Shown here: one piece after another, positions 46,913 through 58,137 of the stretch | Layout: each line of letters opens with the position of its first letter | Position numbering within the stretch: position 1 is the stretch's first letter | DNA from: an uncultured Gammaproteobacteria bacterium | Lineage (GTDB): Bacteria; Pseudomonadota; Gammaproteobacteria; GCA-001735895 | Assembly (NCBI GenBank): GCA_937894085.1 | Contig: CALCSG010000217.1 | Location: forward strand, 2,199 to 66,198 | Length of the DNA stretch: 64,000 bases | Direction of reading: 5' to 3' | Translations under genes and position numbers: made by a program | Notes under the pieces: model-generated | Seen by the model: only the letters and a program-made list of their open reading frames with translations | Database searches by the model: none | What the model was told of the DNA's origin: nothing

Positions 46913-48012
46913 AACTCAGTTTAACCCGCCTGTTTGCGATTCTGCAGAAAGAGGTACAGCAACTGCGCAGGGACCGCCTGACGTTTGGCATGATTGTAGG
47001 TATTCCACTCATGCAAATCATATTGTTTGGTTTCGCGATTAATACGGATGTGAGAAATTTATCGGCCGCTGTCGCTGACCAGTCCAACACCCAGTTATCA
47101 CGTCAGCTGGTGGCAGATATGCTGGCTACCCAGGTGATAGACCGGGTTCAACATGTGAACACGGGGGCGCAACTTAAAACCCTGCTGGATCAAGGCGATA
47201 TCAAGATCGGTATTCTGATCCCTGCGGATTTTGAGCGCCGTCTACAGCAATCCAGCAGACCCGCTGCGCAACTGATGATTGATGGCAGTGACCCCATTAT
47301 CCTGTCCACCGCCCAGTCACTCACAAAAATGAGCTTTAATCAGCGTAACGCGGCAAAATCGATTAAACCTCCTGAACTGTTTGAAGTGAGAAATTACTAT
47401 AATCCCGAGCGTCGCTCAGCGGTGTTCGTGGTGCCGGGTCTGATCGGAGCGATCCTCACCATGACCATGGTGCTGTTTACCGCGGTCGCTATTGTCAGAG
47501 AGCGTGAACGCGGTAACCTGGAACTGTTAATCAATACCCCGGTCAGCACCACTGAACTGATGATCGGGAAGATTATTCCCTATATTATTATCGGCCTGAT
47601 ACAGGTTGCCATCATCATGCTGCTCGGCATGTTTCTGTTCCACGTTCCGGTAAATGGTCGGGTACTGGACGTGTACCTGGCCTCGGGTATTTTTATCGCG
47701 GCCAACCTGAGCCTTGGGCTGGTGATTTCGACGGTTGCAAAAAACCAGTTCCAGGCCATGCAACTTACCTTTTTCTTTTTCCTGCCTTCGTTATTGCTAT
47801 CCGGGTTTATGTTTCCGTTTGAAGGTATGCCGAGGGCTGCGCAAATTATTGCCGAAATTTTGCCAATGACTCACTTCATGCGTTTGATTCGTGGCATCAT
47901 GTTACGTGGCGCAGAATTATCCCAGCTATCGATGGAGGTTTATGCACTGGTTATTTTCACCATCATCACCATGAGCTTTGCCATTTTACGGTTTAAAAAG
48001 CGCCTCGATTAA
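46909..48012 (+). CDS. ABC-2 type transporter permease
   Basis: 367 aa, six-TM ABC-2 fold. Overlaps the ATPase gene by 4 bp. Confidence 0.85.
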   Translation: MKLSLTRLFAILQKEVQQLRRDRLTFGMIVGIPLMQIILFGFAINTDVRNLSAAVADQSNTQLSRQLVADMLATQVIDRVQHVNTGAQLKTLLDQGDIKIGILIPADFERRLQQSSRPAAQLMIDGSDPIILSTAQSLTKMSFNQRNAAKSIKPPELFEVRNYYNPERRSAVFVVPGLIGAILTMTMVLFTAVAIVRERERGNLELLINTPVSTTELMIGKIIPYIIIGLIQVAIIMLLGMFLFHVPVNGRVLDVYLASGIFIAANLSLGLVISTVAKNQFQAMQLTFFFFLPSLLLSGFMFPFEGMPRAAQIIAEILPMTHFMRLIRGIMLRGAELSQLSMEVYALVIFTIITMSFAILRFKKRLD

Positions 48013-48036
48013 GTGACCACTTTTTAGGAGCAATCA

Positions 48037-49125
48037 ATGTCTTTTTTAATGAAACGCTACCATTCACCCGGTACCTCGCCCGGCACCCTGCACAAGGCGC
48101 ATAAAATTCAGGGTGCCCCGCTCAAAATCACCCTGATTGATTACACTGATAGTGAATTTTTAGAGAAGACAATAGACCAGCCTGAAGAGTGCAGGGACTA
48201 CCTGGATCGCGCTACGATTACCTGGATACATGTACAGGGCGATGCAGAACCCGACACCATGCACCAGCTGGGCAACCTGTTTAACCTGCATCAGCTGGCG
48301 CTGGAAGATGTGATCAATACCGGGCAACGACCGAAGGTGGATGACTACAAGGATCAGTTGTTTGTCGTGATGTCACATCCGTTGATTGAAAATGTCGATG
48401 GCGGAAACGCTAAAATAAGCGTTGCCCAGTTAAGCCTGTTTGTGGGTAAAAACTTTGTCATCAGTTTTCATCCCGGTGCTAATGACCCGTTTAATCCGGT
48501 GCGCCTGCGCCTGCGTGATGCGGTAGGACGTATCCGTCAGCGTGGTTCCGACTACTTGCTCTACGCGTTACTGGACCTGGTGATTGATGAAGGTTTTCCG
48601 GTGCTTGAGAATCTGGGCGATGAAATTGAACAGCTGGAAGAAGAATTGCTTGATGTGCCTACTCGTAACTCCCTGCGCCAGTTGCACCATCTCAAACGCA
48701 CCCTGCTCATTGTACGGCGCATGTTATGGCCTCAGCGCGAAGTGCTGAATAGCCTGGTACGGGATGACAGTGGTCTGATCGAGGAACAGAATCAGATTTA
48801 TTACCGGGATTGTTACGATCACACAATACAGATCATGGACCTCATCGAAACCTACCGGGATATGGTCACGGGCCTGCTGGATATCTATCATTCCAGCGTA
48901 AGTTATCGTCTGAATGAAGTGATGCGGGTGTTAACTATTATCGCCACTATCTTTATTCCGCTTACCTTTATTGTTGGTGTGTACGGAATGAATTTCAGCA
49001 ATGAAAGCAGCCCCTGGTCGATGCCGGAATTACGCTGGTATTATGGTTACCCGCTGGTATGGGTGCTGATGATAGTGATCGTCGGCTTTATGCTGTATTA
49101 TTTCCGGCGCAAAAAATGGTTTTAA
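48037..49125 (+). CDS. corA: CorA-family Mg2+/Co2+ transporter
   Basis: 362 aa. YGMNF motif (VGVYGMNFSNE) before the last TM pair. Confidence 0.9.
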   Translation: MSFLMKRYHSPGTSPGTLHKAHKIQGAPLKITLIDYTDSEFLEKTIDQPEECRDYLDRATITWIHVQGDAEPDTMHQLGNLFNLHQLALEDVINTGQRPKVDDYKDQLFVVMSHPLIENVDGGNAKISVAQLSLFVGKNFVISFHPGANDPFNPVRLRLRDAVGRIRQRGSDYLLYALLDLVIDEGFPVLENLGDEIEQLEEELLDVPTRNSLRQLHHLKRTLLIVRRMLWPQREVLNSLVRDDSGLIEEQNQIYYRDCYDHTIQIMDLIETYRDMVTGLLDIYHSSVSYRLNEVMRVLTIIATIFIPLTFIVGVYGMNFSNESSPWSMPELRWYYGYPLVWVLMIVIVGFMLYYFRRKKWF

Positions 49126-49679
49126 GGTGATTGTCTTCGACGGTAAAAATGGCGCGCCCAGAACAGTGCAGCTACAGCGGCAATGACTGCCATAACTTCA
49201 ATTTCATATTTTTTAATATCACCGAGAAACAGTTCCACGGCATGCCCGAAGTAGTAACCGGCGAGAGCAATACAAACGGCCCAGATTGCGGCACCGGTCA
49301 GATTGAGTAAGGTAAAGCGCATATAGGAAACTTCGCTCATGCCGATCACAAAAGGAGTTACAGTGCGTATGCCGTACAGAAAGCGGAAGCCCAGGATAAG
49401 CAGGTTCTGATGCCGCTCCAGGATCTTCAACACACGGGTTGCCGGGGTCTGCCAGGCAGGGTGTTTTGCGAGGGTGGTTTTACCATGCCGCCGGCCCAGA
49501 AAGAAATACAGCTGATCGCCGATCACGGTACCGAAAAATCCGCAGATAATAACCCACTCAAGTTCAAGATAACCCAGGTGTGCGGCGACACCTGCAAGAA
49601 TCATTATGGTTTCACCTTCCAAAAAAGTGCCAATGATAAGCGCAGGGTAGCCGTAGGTTGAGAGTATTGATTCAAGCAT
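49122..49679 (-). CDS. DedA/TVP38-family membrane protein
   Basis: 185 aa. DedA core motif region (FLEGETIMILAG...GDQLYFFLGRRHG). Confidence 0.85.
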   Translation of the reverse strand: MLESILSTYGYPALIIGTFLEGETIMILAGVAAHLGYLELEWVIICGFFGTVIGDQLYFFLGRRHGKTTLAKHPAWQTPATRVLKILERHQNLLILGFRFLYGIRTVTPFVIGMSEVSYMRFTLLNLTGAAIWAVCIALAGYYFGHAVELFLGDIKKYEIEVMAVIAAVAALFWARHFYRRRQSP

Positions 49680-49828
49680 GGTTTATTGCGGGCATGATTT
49701 TAAATTGTAAAGAAACTTGTAATGAGCTCATACTGTCGAAGGAAGCTGTACCGTTTCAACTTCAGCCGCCAATACAATTGCAGGATTGCGCAGAAAGTAA
49801 ATATTAATTCATCACTCACGGACAAACC

Positions 49829-50947
49829 ATGCCTAAAAATAACCTGGAACTTCTTAACCAGCTCGGCCAGAGCATCTGGCTGGATTTTATCGATCGTAGC
49901 ATACTCACCGATGGTACGCTGGCGGGACTGATTCAACAGGATAATCTCGCCGGTCTGACATCGAACCCGGCCATTTTCGAAAAAGCGATCTCCCAGGATA
50001 AAGCCTATACAGATGACATTCAGCGCACGAAGCATAGTGATGTCAGCTCCCAGACACTTTATAGCACCCTGGTGTTAGAAGATATAGCTCGTGCAGCAGA
50101 TTTGTTTCTACCGGTTTATAAAGCAAGTGCGGGCAGGGATGGTTATGTGAGCATCGAGGTTTCACCCCTGCTGGCACGCGATAGCGAGGCTTCCATAGTG
50201 GAAGCACGCGAACTCTGGGCGAGCTTAAATCGACCCAATATCATGATCAAGATACCCGGTACAGAACAGGGCCTGAAAGCCATAGCAATATTGCTCGCTG
50301 AAGGGATTAACGTGAATGTAACCCTGCTGTTTTCGATTGAACGTTATGTCGCGGTGCTGGAAAACTATGTACAGGCACTGGAAGTAAGACAGGCAAAGGG
50401 ACTGCCACTCAACAATGTGGCATCAGTGGCAAGTTTCTTTTTGAGCCGGATTGATGTCAAAATCGACGCAATACTGGATGCGATGCCAACCGGCAGTGAT
50501 GCATCTACAGCCACGCATGAGTTACGCGGACGTACCGCTATTGCCAGCGCAGCACTCGCCTATCAGCAATATCAGAATATGGTGCAAAGTACGCGATGGC
50601 AGGCACTCGTGAAAAACGGTGCGAAGGTGCAGCGTTTATTATGGGCAAGTACCGGAACCAAGGATCCTGCGTATAGCAACATCAAATACGTGGAGGCGTT
50701 GATTGCACTCGATACGGTGAATACCCTGCCGCGCGATACCCTCGATGCTTACAGGGCACATGGTGAACCGGTGCTGCGGATCGCGCAATCGATGGCCGAT
50801 GCGCAGCAGGTAATGCTGCAACTTGACGCGATGGGGATTGATATACCGACCCTGATGCAGGCGCTGGAAGAGGAAGGTATCCGTAAATTCGTCGAGCCGT
50901 ATAACAAAATACTAACCACTCTCGATAGCCTGCGCACCGGGGTTTAA
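49829..50947 (+). CDS. tal: Transaldolase
   Basis: 372 aa. [30 protein letters not shown] and IKIPGT (Schiff-base Lys) blocks. Confidence 0.9.
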   Translation: MPKNNLELLNQLGQSIWLDFIDRSILTDGTLAGLIQQDNLAGLTSNPAIFEKAISQDKAYTDDIQRTKHSDVSSQTLYSTLVLEDIARAADLFLPVYKASAGRDGYVSIEVSPLLARDSEASIVEARELWASLNRPNIMIKIPGTEQGLKAIAILLAEGINVNVTLLFSIERYVAVLENYVQALEVRQAKGLPLNNVASVASFFLSRIDVKIDAILDAMPTGSDASTATHELRGRTAIASAALAYQQYQNMVQSTRWQALVKNGAKVQRLLWASTGTKDPAYSNIKYVEALIALDTVNTLPRDTLDAYRAHGEPVLRIAQSMADAQQVMLQLDAMGIDIPTLMQALEEEGIRKFVEPYNKILTTLDSLRTGV

Positions 50948-50976
50948 CCACATGCAACACACGGAGGGCTTTAAGC

Positions 50977-51290
50977 ATGCCGCAAAATGCCAGCCTGGTG
51001 CTGTTTGGTGCCCTCGGTGACCTGGCCTGGCGCCTGGTCGGACCTGCCATCTATGACCTGCATTGTAAAAACCAGTTACCCTCAAGTTTTCGTTTGAATG
51101 GGGTGGATCGCGCCATCGATACCGAAAAATTGATCGATCGACTACGTGACGGCGCGAGCCGGTTTACCTGCGTACCGGTAAGCGCATGAGCCCGGCGCGT
51201 ATGAAACCCTGTTGCATGATGTACTGCCGGGGGATGCTACACTATTCATGCAGCGACCAGCTCGAATACCGGGTAAACATCGCCGATCCA
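50977..51290 (+). pseudogene. zwf: Glucose-6-phosphate dehydrogenase (zwf) remnant: N-terminal ~68 aa plus a short out-of-frame C-terminal piece, with most of the gene deleted
   Basis: 70-aa ORF LVLFGALGDLAWRLVGPAIYDL...GVDR matches the Zwf NADP-binding N-terminus. About 10 bp downstream, a different frame reads AYETLLHDVLPGDATLFMQR, matching the Zwf C-terminal AYERLLLD..GD.TLF.R block. Confidence 0.6.
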
Positions 51291-51309
51291 GACACAACAG
51301 GAGATTAAG

Positions 51310-51828
51310 ATGGATTTGTATAACACTGAAAATATTATCCGGCTGATACCCGGCATTGTCGTACTGTTTGCCGGGAGAAATATTTTCTGGTTGTTCATAG
51401 CCCTGATTGGTTTCCTGGCAGGCATCCAGTTCGCCAGTTTATGGCTGGCAGATCAGCAGACCTGGATGATCCTCATGGCTGGCGTGTTTGCCGGAATAAT
51501 TGGCGCGCTACTGGCCGTAGTCTTCGAGCGGGTGGCTTTTGCGCTGGCCGGATTCTACGCGGCGGCGTTGTTAGCGAGCTTGTCAGCCGCCAGATTCGGG
51601 GTAATGGATATTCACCTGGTTATGATCGTCGCCGGCATAGCTGGCGCGCTCATTGCATTTGTGCTGACCGACTGGGCCATCATTATTCTATCCGCACTGG
51701 CGGGGGCTGCGACGATCGTTTCAGTGTTTGCACTAGAACCGCCGATCGAAAGCAGTCTCTTTATCGTACTCGCCATAATTGGCGTGCTGGTACAGAGCGC
51801 CATGCTGAAACGGCATAAAACAGGCTGA
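51310..51828 (+). CDS. Hypothetical integral membrane protein (5-6 TM)
   Basis: 172 aa, Ala/Gly/Leu-rich hydrophobic ORF with an RBS-like GGAGA upstream. Confidence 0.55.
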   Translation: MDLYNTENIIRLIPGIVVLFAGRNIFWLFIALIGFLAGIQFASLWLADQQTWMILMAGVFAGIIGALLAVVFERVAFALAGFYAAALLASLSAARFGVMDIHLVMIVAGIAGALIAFVLTDWAIIILSALAGAATIVSVFALEPPIESSLFIVLAIIGVLVQSAMLKRHKTG

Positions 51829-52157
51829 TAGTTTTATCATCCAGGAGTCGGTCAGTTTAACTTATCGTATCGAGAAAAATGCATTTTCCTCAGTAGCTTC
51901 ATCCTAAGTTCGACAGGCTCATGGAATCTAATAACAGAAGTATCAGGCTTCGCTAGAGTAATGCCTGATTACTATTCTACCCTTCATGATTTTCCTTATT
52001 TCGTATATATTTCTTGACTCTAATCATGATGGTCATAGCTAATTTGATATAGAGTTTGCCAGAAAAATAATTTTTCATAAATTTCTGATGGACTGTGCGA
52101 TTGAGTAATTTTTTCCCGCCACAATGATTTCAATAAGGCAAATAGGTAGGTATAAAA

Positions 52158-53789
52158 ATGTTTAGATTTTTCCAGGAAATGGAGGATGCCGCAGAAACCT
52201 CCAGTAAGGCTAATTTTATCAAATATGGTATTGTCATTATCTTCATGATAGCGGTACTTATCCTGAGCTTTAACTCTATGGGTGAGTTACCGACGAATGT
52301 ATTCCTTGTTATAGCAGCACTGTTTGGTGCCTATATGGCAATGAATATCGGCGCAAATGATGTCGCTAATAATGTCGGCCCGGCAGTGGGTTCAAAAGCC
52401 CTTACACTCGTAGGTGCCATCATTATCGCGGCTATATTTGAAGCTGGTGGAGCTTTTATCGCCGGTGGCGATGTCGTGGGTACCATTAAAAATGGCATTA
52501 TTGATATAAAGGCTTTCCATGGCGATGTGAATAGCTTTATCTGGGCCATGATGGCGGCACTTCTCGCGGCAGGTTTATGGTTAAACCTGGCAACTAAATT
52601 TAAAGCACCTGTTTCTACCACTCATGCAATTGTGGGTGGCGTGATGGGAGCGGGTATTGCGGCAGGCGGGTTTTCCATCGTTTCCTGGGGAACCATGGGA
52701 GAAATTGCAGCTTCATGGGTTATCTCACCAGTACTGGGTGGCATCATAGCGGCAGCATTTTTATTTTCTATTAAGAAATCCATGGTTTTTAAAGAAGATA
52801 AAGTAAACGCAGGTAAGTTTTGGGTTCCAGTTTATGTCGCTATTATGACATGGGCATTTGCCACTTATCTCACCTTAAAAGGTCTTAAGCAAATATGGCC
52901 CAAAATTGTCGATATCCTGCCATTTCTGCCAGATGAGAAGAAGCCCAGTTTTATGATTGCATCTATTATTGGCCTGATTCTCGCGGTAATTGTTTTCTTC
53001 GTTGTTAGAAGGAGCGTATCACTGAAACAAAACCTGAAAAACGATAGAGCCAGTATCAATACTTTATTTACCGTTCCGCTCATCTTTGCAGCTGCATTGT
53101 TGAGTTTTGCACATGGAGCGAATGATGTCGCGAATGCGATTGGACCACTGGCTGCGATTAGTGATGCGGTCAATACGGGAGGCATTGCTTCGAAGGCGAG
53201 CATTCCATTCTGGGTGATGGCCGTTGGCGCACTCGGTATTGTTGTTGGCCTGGCATTATATGGTCCTAAGTTGATTAAAACGGTCGGTTCAGAAATAACA
53301 GAACTGGATCAGATGAGGGCTTTTTCGGTCGCTATGGCCGCTGCGGTCACGGTCATTGTGGCCAGTCAGCTTGGGCTGCCGGTAAGTTCTACACATATTG
53401 CCATTGGTGGTATCTTCGGTGTGGGTTTCTTACGGGAATATTTACAGGGCCATAAGGAAGTCATTAAACTGGATGAAGAAGAAAGAAGACTGGTGAAAGA
53501 AGAAAACAAGCTGGAGCAATTCCGCGAAAATCTTCAGGAATTATTAGATCTGCCTGATGACAAGAAAGATAAAAAAGTTTACAAGCAAATCGGTAAACTT
53601 TACGAGATGGTAGAGCATGAAGAAAGAATTCTAGAAGAAGAACAGCGTATTGTTAGTACTTTACAAAGGAAAAAATATGTAAAAAGAGATGCCTTTAAAA
53701 AGATTATTATGGCATGGATTATTACAGTTCCTGTTGCCGCAGTTCTTTCCGCGTGTATTTACTACATGATTAGAGGCATGATGCTTTAA
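52158..53789 (+). CDS. Inorganic phosphate transporter, PiT family, with a long charged cytoplasmic loop
   Basis: 543 aa. Duplicated GANDVAN signatures (GANDVANNVGPAVGS; GANDVANAIGPLAA). Confidence 0.9.
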   Translation: MFRFFQEMEDAAETSSKANFIKYGIVIIFMIAVLILSFNSMGELPTNVFLVIAALFGAYMAMNIGANDVANNVGPAVGSKALTLVGAIIIAAIFEAGGAFIAGGDVVGTIKNGIIDIKAFHGDVNSFIWAMMAALLAAGLWLNLATKFKAPVSTTHAIVGGVMGAGIAAGGFSIVSWGTMGEIAASWVISPVLGGIIAAAFLFSIKKSMVFKEDKVNAGKFWVPVYVAIMTWAFATYLTLKGLKQIWPKIVDILPFLPDEKKPSFMIASIIGLILAVIVFFVVRRSVSLKQNLKNDRASINTLFTVPLIFAAALLSFAHGANDVANAIGPLAAISDAVNTGGIASKASIPFWVMAVGALGIVVGLALYGPKLIKTVGSEITELDQMRAFSVAMAAAVTVIVASQLGLPVSSTHIAIGGIFGVGFLREYLQGHKEVIKLDEEERRLVKEENKLEQFRENLQELLDLPDDKKDKKVYKQIGKLYEMVEHEERILEEEQRIVSTLQRKKYVKRDAFKKIIMAWIITVPVAAVLSACIYYMIRGMML

Positions 53790-53834
53790 TCTGGAATTTT
53801 TTTCAGCTTTTTTGATACGACCATTTGAATGGAA

Positions 53835-53864
53835 CAGTGTTACCTGTTTTAACAGGTAACACTC
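53835..53864. repeat. Strong 13-bp-stem inverted repeat downstream of the PiT gene (terminator-like hairpin without a T-tract)
   Basis: AGTGTTACCTGTT-TTAA-AACAGGTAACACT. Confidence 0.5.
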
Positions 53865-53981
53865 CGCTATCCAAATCAAAAGCTTGCACATCATTTTCGT
53901 ACTCAACCAACTTTTCCGGGTTGAACATTACCGGCTAAAACCGTTTGTTGTTTCGGTTGAATACCATTTTAAAACTCCCTG

Positions 53982-54263
53982 TCATGCTTCTGATGATGAC
54001 GGCGGATCCATACTGGAACCTCCGGTCATACGAATTACCCGGCCCACCGTCAAGCCCTGCACAGGGATCGAGAACACTACTACACAGTAGGTCAGCTTCA
54101 GTATCAGGCTGCGCGAATAGTCTTCCGACAGCGCCATGGCTACTGAGATACCACCGCGTAAACCATCCCAGGTTAGAACCGAGATGGCACCTTTGGCCTG
54201 CGTCTTCACCCGTCCAGGCGAACCGATAATATCCTCGACACTCAGCCGGCGCGTCGACAGCAC
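53982..54263 (-). pseudogene. Remnant of a CPA1-family Na+/H+ antiporter (C-terminal TM segment only)
   Basis: 93-aa ORF with LTWDGLRGGISVAMALSL...VVVFSIPVQGLTVGRVIR, matching the conserved TM-XI/XII region of NhaP-type exchangers. No upstream remainder of the gene is present. Confidence 0.45.
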
Positions 54264-54320
54264 GATCAGTTGTGATCCCCAAATACGTTGTTCGTTTTTT
54301 CTGCAACAGTTCGCGCTAAA

Positions 54321-56684
54321 TTAATCATTTTGAGCGGAGTTTAATTCCGCACCTGGAAAACCCGGAATTGCCGCCGCAAAAACAGTTTCGATATGCTCAG
54401 CAAATATAAACTCAATATCTTTAAAAACCTGTTCCGGCAACTCGGTAAGATCCTGTTCATTTTCTTTAGGCAGTATTATGTGCTTGAAACCGGCACGGTG
54501 AGCCGCCAGCATTTTTTCTTTGATACCGCCAACCGGCAACACCAGGCCACTGAGAGTAATCTCACCGGTCATTGCAGTATCACTTCTAACCGGTAACCCG
54601 GTATAAGCTGAAGCCAGCGCCGTTGCCATAGTAACCCCTGCCGATGGACCATCCTTCGGGGTCGCGCCGGCCGGCACATGAATATGCGCGCCGGATTTAC
54701 GAATTTGTTCCTTAACAATTCCCAGCGCATCGGCCTGCGACCACAGATAACTCTGTGCAGCTTTGGCTGATTCCTGCATGACGCTGCCGAGCTGCCCGGT
54801 AAGTACCAGATCCTTGCCTTCGGGTAATAAAACGGCCTCTACATAGAGTACATCGCCGCCCATTTCAGTCCATGCTAATCCGGCCACAACGCCGGCCGGC
54901 ATCGATTCACGTCTCGCTTCACGGGTCATATGCGCCGGCCCGAGAAACTCGATGATCATCTCTCTGTTCAGGGTCAGCGATTCCAGCCTGCCATCGGCAA
55001 CCCGGTTGGCTACCTTACGCGAAATGCGCCCGAGAGCGCGTTCCAGCGAACGTACCCCGGCTTCTCGCGTATAACTCTGAATGATAAAATCGAGCTCGGC
55101 ATCACCGATCACCAGCTGTTCAGGTTTCAGGCCAGCCTCGCCTAGTCGGCGTCCGATAATGTAACGTTTTGCGATCTCGCGTTTTTCTTCGGCACTATAA
55201 CCCGACAGTCGCAATACTTCGATGCGGTCCAGCAATGGTGCGGGAATGCTATCCAGCGTATTCGCTGTGGCGACAAAGAATACGCTGGACAGGTCATACG
55301 GCAGATCAAGATAGTTATCATTGAACTGATCATTTTGAGATGGGTCGAGGATTTCCATTAATGCAGCTGCCGGATCACCACGATAATCGTGTCCCAGCTT
55401 GTCAATTTCATCTAGCATGAGCAGTGGGTTTTTAACACCGGCGCGACGTATGGCACGAATGATGCGCCCCGGCATGGCGCCTACATAGGTGCGACGGTGC
55501 CCCCTGAGCTCGGCCTCATCATGCGGCCCGCCAAGGCTCATACGTTCAAAAATCCGACCCAGCGCCCGGGCGATAGACTGGCCGAGTGAAGTCTTACCAA
55601 CACCTGGAGGACCAACGAAACACAGAATCGGCGCCTTCGCCTGTGGATTGAGCTTCATCACGGCCAGATGTTCGATGATACGTTCCTTGATTTCCTGCAA
55701 ATCAAAATGATCCTCATCGAGAATATCACGCGCACGCTTAAGGTCGAGGTTGTCTTCCGTCACTTTCTGCCACGGCATGTCCAGCACAAGGTCGACATAA
55801 CTACGACTGGTCTGGTAATCAGAAGCGTTGGCTGACATGCGCTCCAGCCGTGACAGTTCTTTTTCAACTTCCTTCTTAACCAGTTCGGGTAATGTGACCT
55901 CTGCCATGCGGCGGCGCAATTCAGCAACTTCTTCCTGCTCCGGACTGGATTCGCCAAGTTGCGCCTGGATTTCACGTAGTTGTTGACGCAGCATCATCTC
56001 GTGCTGCTCAACAGTCATCTTGGATTCCACTGCTTTGGAGATCTGCTTTTGCACCTCTAAAACCTGTACCTCATGCGTGAGAAAGTCCACAACCAGACTT
56101 AAGCCTTCCAGTTGTGTATTGGCTGCCAGTAAGTGATTTTGTTTATCGACATCAATAGAGGTCATTGTCGACAACACATAAGCCTGTTGTAATGGCATTT
56201 CCAGGTCCGATACCATTTGTTCGAGATCAATCTGCATCTGCGGTGGACCCAGCGACATCATGTGTGCCGCAAGGTCGAGCATGGTGCGGTGCATTGCTTC
56301 AACTTCAGTCCCGGTATCAGTAGGCTGCGTCAGGTATTTAACGCGGAACTGAGGGTAAGGTGATGTTTGTACCACTTCAACCCGCTCAATGCGTCGACTA
56401 CCCTGCAGCATCAAATGTATGGCACCTTCATGCCGTTTCATGTGGCGGATTACGCACAGCGTACCGACTGAATAAAAATCACCCGTCCCGGGTTCATCGA
56501 CCTCGGTATTACGCTGGGTAAATACAGCAATCTGTTTATCTTCGGTTGCCAGTGCGGCTTCAACGGCTGCCTGTGATGCGGGGCGTCCAGCGGTGATCGG
56601 CAACATGATATTGGGAAATGCCACACCATTTTTTAACGGAAAAACAGGAACTGTTAATAACTCTGTATCTGTGGAAACGTTCAT
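54321..56684 (-). CDS. lon: ATP-dependent Lon protease
   Basis: 787 aa. Lon N domain, AAA+ GPPGVGKTS, and protease Ser motif [17 protein letters not shown]. Confidence 0.95.
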   Translation of the reverse strand: MNVSTDTELLTVPVFPLKNGVAFPNIMLPITAGRPASQAAVEAALATEDKQIAVFTQRNTEVDEPGTGDFYSVGTLCVIRHMKRHEGAIHLMLQGSRRIERVEVVQTSPYPQFRVKYLTQPTDTGTEVEAMHRTMLDLAAHMMSLGPPQMQIDLEQMVSDLEMPLQQAYVLSTMTSIDVDKQNHLLAANTQLEGLSLVVDFLTHEVQVLEVQKQISKAVESKMTVEQHEMMLRQQLREIQAQLGESSPEQEEVAELRRRMAEVTLPELVKKEVEKELSRLERMSANASDYQTSRSYVDLVLDMPWQKVTEDNLDLKRARDILDEDHFDLQEIKERIIEHLAVMKLNPQAKAPILCFVGPPGVGKTSLGQSIARALGRIFERMSLGGPHDEAELRGHRRTYVGAMPGRIIRAIRRAGVKNPLLMLDEIDKLGHDYRGDPAAALMEILDPSQNDQFNDNYLDLPYDLSSVFFVATANTLDSIPAPLLDRIEVLRLSGYSAEEKREIAKRYIIGRRLGEAGLKPEQLVIGDAELDFIIQSYTREAGVRSLERALGRISRKVANRVADGRLESLTLNREMIIEFLGPAHMTREARRESMPAGVVAGLAWTEMGGDVLYVEAVLLPEGKDLVLTGQLGSVMQESAKAAQSYLWSQADALGIVKEQIRKSGAHIHVPAGATPKDGPSAGVTMATALASAYTGLPVRSDTAMTGEITLSGLVLPVGGIKEKMLAAHRAGFKHIILPKENEQDLTELPEQVFKDIEFIFAEHIETVFAAAIPGFPGAELNSAQND

Positions 56685-57022
56685 CGTGCGTTATCCTTAT
56701 CTGTAGTTAAATACACCAGTAGCATTCCATTATGGTATTCAGTGCGTACCACACTCATTTCAATAGCTTCGGGTAAAGGGATAATGCGCTTGAACCAGTC
56801 ATAGGTTATCTCCATCGACAAAAGTGTTTCATTATCTGAAATACACCAGTCACGCCTTTTCCCTTCCACAATCAATTTATCTTTTTGAGTTGAAATTTTC
56901 ACATCGTGTTCAGCTATGCCGGCCAGCTCAAGTTTCACCAGCAAACCATCAGCACAGCGATAAACATCGACCCTCGGTTGCCAGCCACCGGGCCGATAAA
57001 AATCAGATGACTGTTGTTTCAT
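56681..57022 (-). CDS. Hsp20/alpha-crystallin family small heat-shock protein
   Basis: 113 aa with an alpha-crystallin domain. Its stop overlaps the lon start (4 bp). Confidence 0.8.
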   Translation of the reverse strand: MKQQSSDFYRPGGWQPRVDVYRCADGLLVKLELAGIAEHDVKISTQKDKLIVEGKRRDWCISDNETLLSMEITYDWFKRIIPLPEAIEMSVVRTEYHNGMLLVYLTTDKDNAR

Positions 57023-57415
57023 ACTCGCCTCGCCTGCAAAGAATTGTCAATAAGTGTTCGAATCACAATCAATCACCTTCATCGTTCGATGTTATTGAAT
57101 CTGTCACAATTTTAATTGCACAGCTACCGAACTTTCTGCCGTCATAAACAGGCGACCGCGCGAGTTTAGTAAACCCATTCCTGAAGTATGCAGTCGGTGA
57201 CTACTCAGCGTAATTAAAAAAGTCAAAAGTTATTCACCACTTAGTCACGAAGAAAAACAAATGACCTTAAAAAGGTAACCAGATAAATCTGCTATTATCA
57301 AAATTTTGAAAAAACTTATCACTCGATCACCAGCTCCCGGCTCAACAGCTCGCTGACGAGCTTAACCGTCAGCCCGTTATGCTAGATTTATAAAAATGTG
57401 CAAATAGCGTGCAAA

Positions 57416-58114
57416 TCATTGAACGCTATAACCCTTGCCTTCCATACAAGCTCGTAAAGCACGATTATAAGACGCACGCTTATCACTCAACTCGATGCTC
57501 GAAACATTTGCAGGTGGCTGACTTGGATCATAATTAGTCTGACTAACACCCCACGAATGACAGGCAAAACGATCATCTGCCTGTTGCTGCTCGCTTTGTT
57601 TCATTTTAGGATAGAAAAACAGTTTATCAGCCACTACAGATACCGGCTTTTGGTCGATGTCAGCCGGTGGTTCGGTAACAACATAGCCTTTACGATCCGG
57701 TTGCCAGACATAATACACATCGTTCGCATAATAGTAGGGAGTACCGCTAATCCATAAGGTCGAATACACGGTCGGCAGTGTTGAAACCACTATGCCGGCA
57801 GGTGGTGTTACGATAATATAACGGCTGCCAGACGGTCGATACCAGATACCACCAGAAAAATAGAAATCGTCGTCACGATAATGTATCCGGTGACGGCTGA
57901 CAGGCAACCTGTCTACCTGATAACCCCGGCGTGGATAACTCTGATTGTGCCGAAAGCGATTGTCTACCTTACAGTGTTCGGCGTTACGGTTTCCCGGCTG
58001 ATTACATTTACCCCGGTCCGCGTAAACCGCAACAGAGAAAATACCCGATAACAAGGTCACAGTTATGCTGAATTTAAACAATCGATTTAGTCGCATAGTT
58101 TTTACTCCAATCAC
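57416..58114 (-). CDS. Hypothetical secreted protein, paralog of the adjacent gene (shared C-terminal CHxW...AC(M/L)EG(K/R)GY motif)
   Basis: 232 aa with a signal peptide and an aromatic-rich (Y/W) middle region. Confidence 0.55.
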   Translation of the reverse strand: MIGVKTMRLNRLFKFSITVTLLSGIFSVAVYADRGKCNQPGNRNAEHCKVDNRFRHNQSYPRRGYQVDRLPVSRHRIHYRDDDFYFSGGIWYRPSGSRYIIVTPPAGIVVSTLPTVYSTLWISGTPYYYANDVYYVWQPDRKGYVVTEPPADIDQKPVSVVADKLFFYPKMKQSEQQQADDRFACHSWGVSQTNYDPSQPPANVSSIELSDKRASYNRALRACMEGKGYSVQ

Positions 58115-58137
58115 GGTTAATCAAGTTAAGGGAGGGT

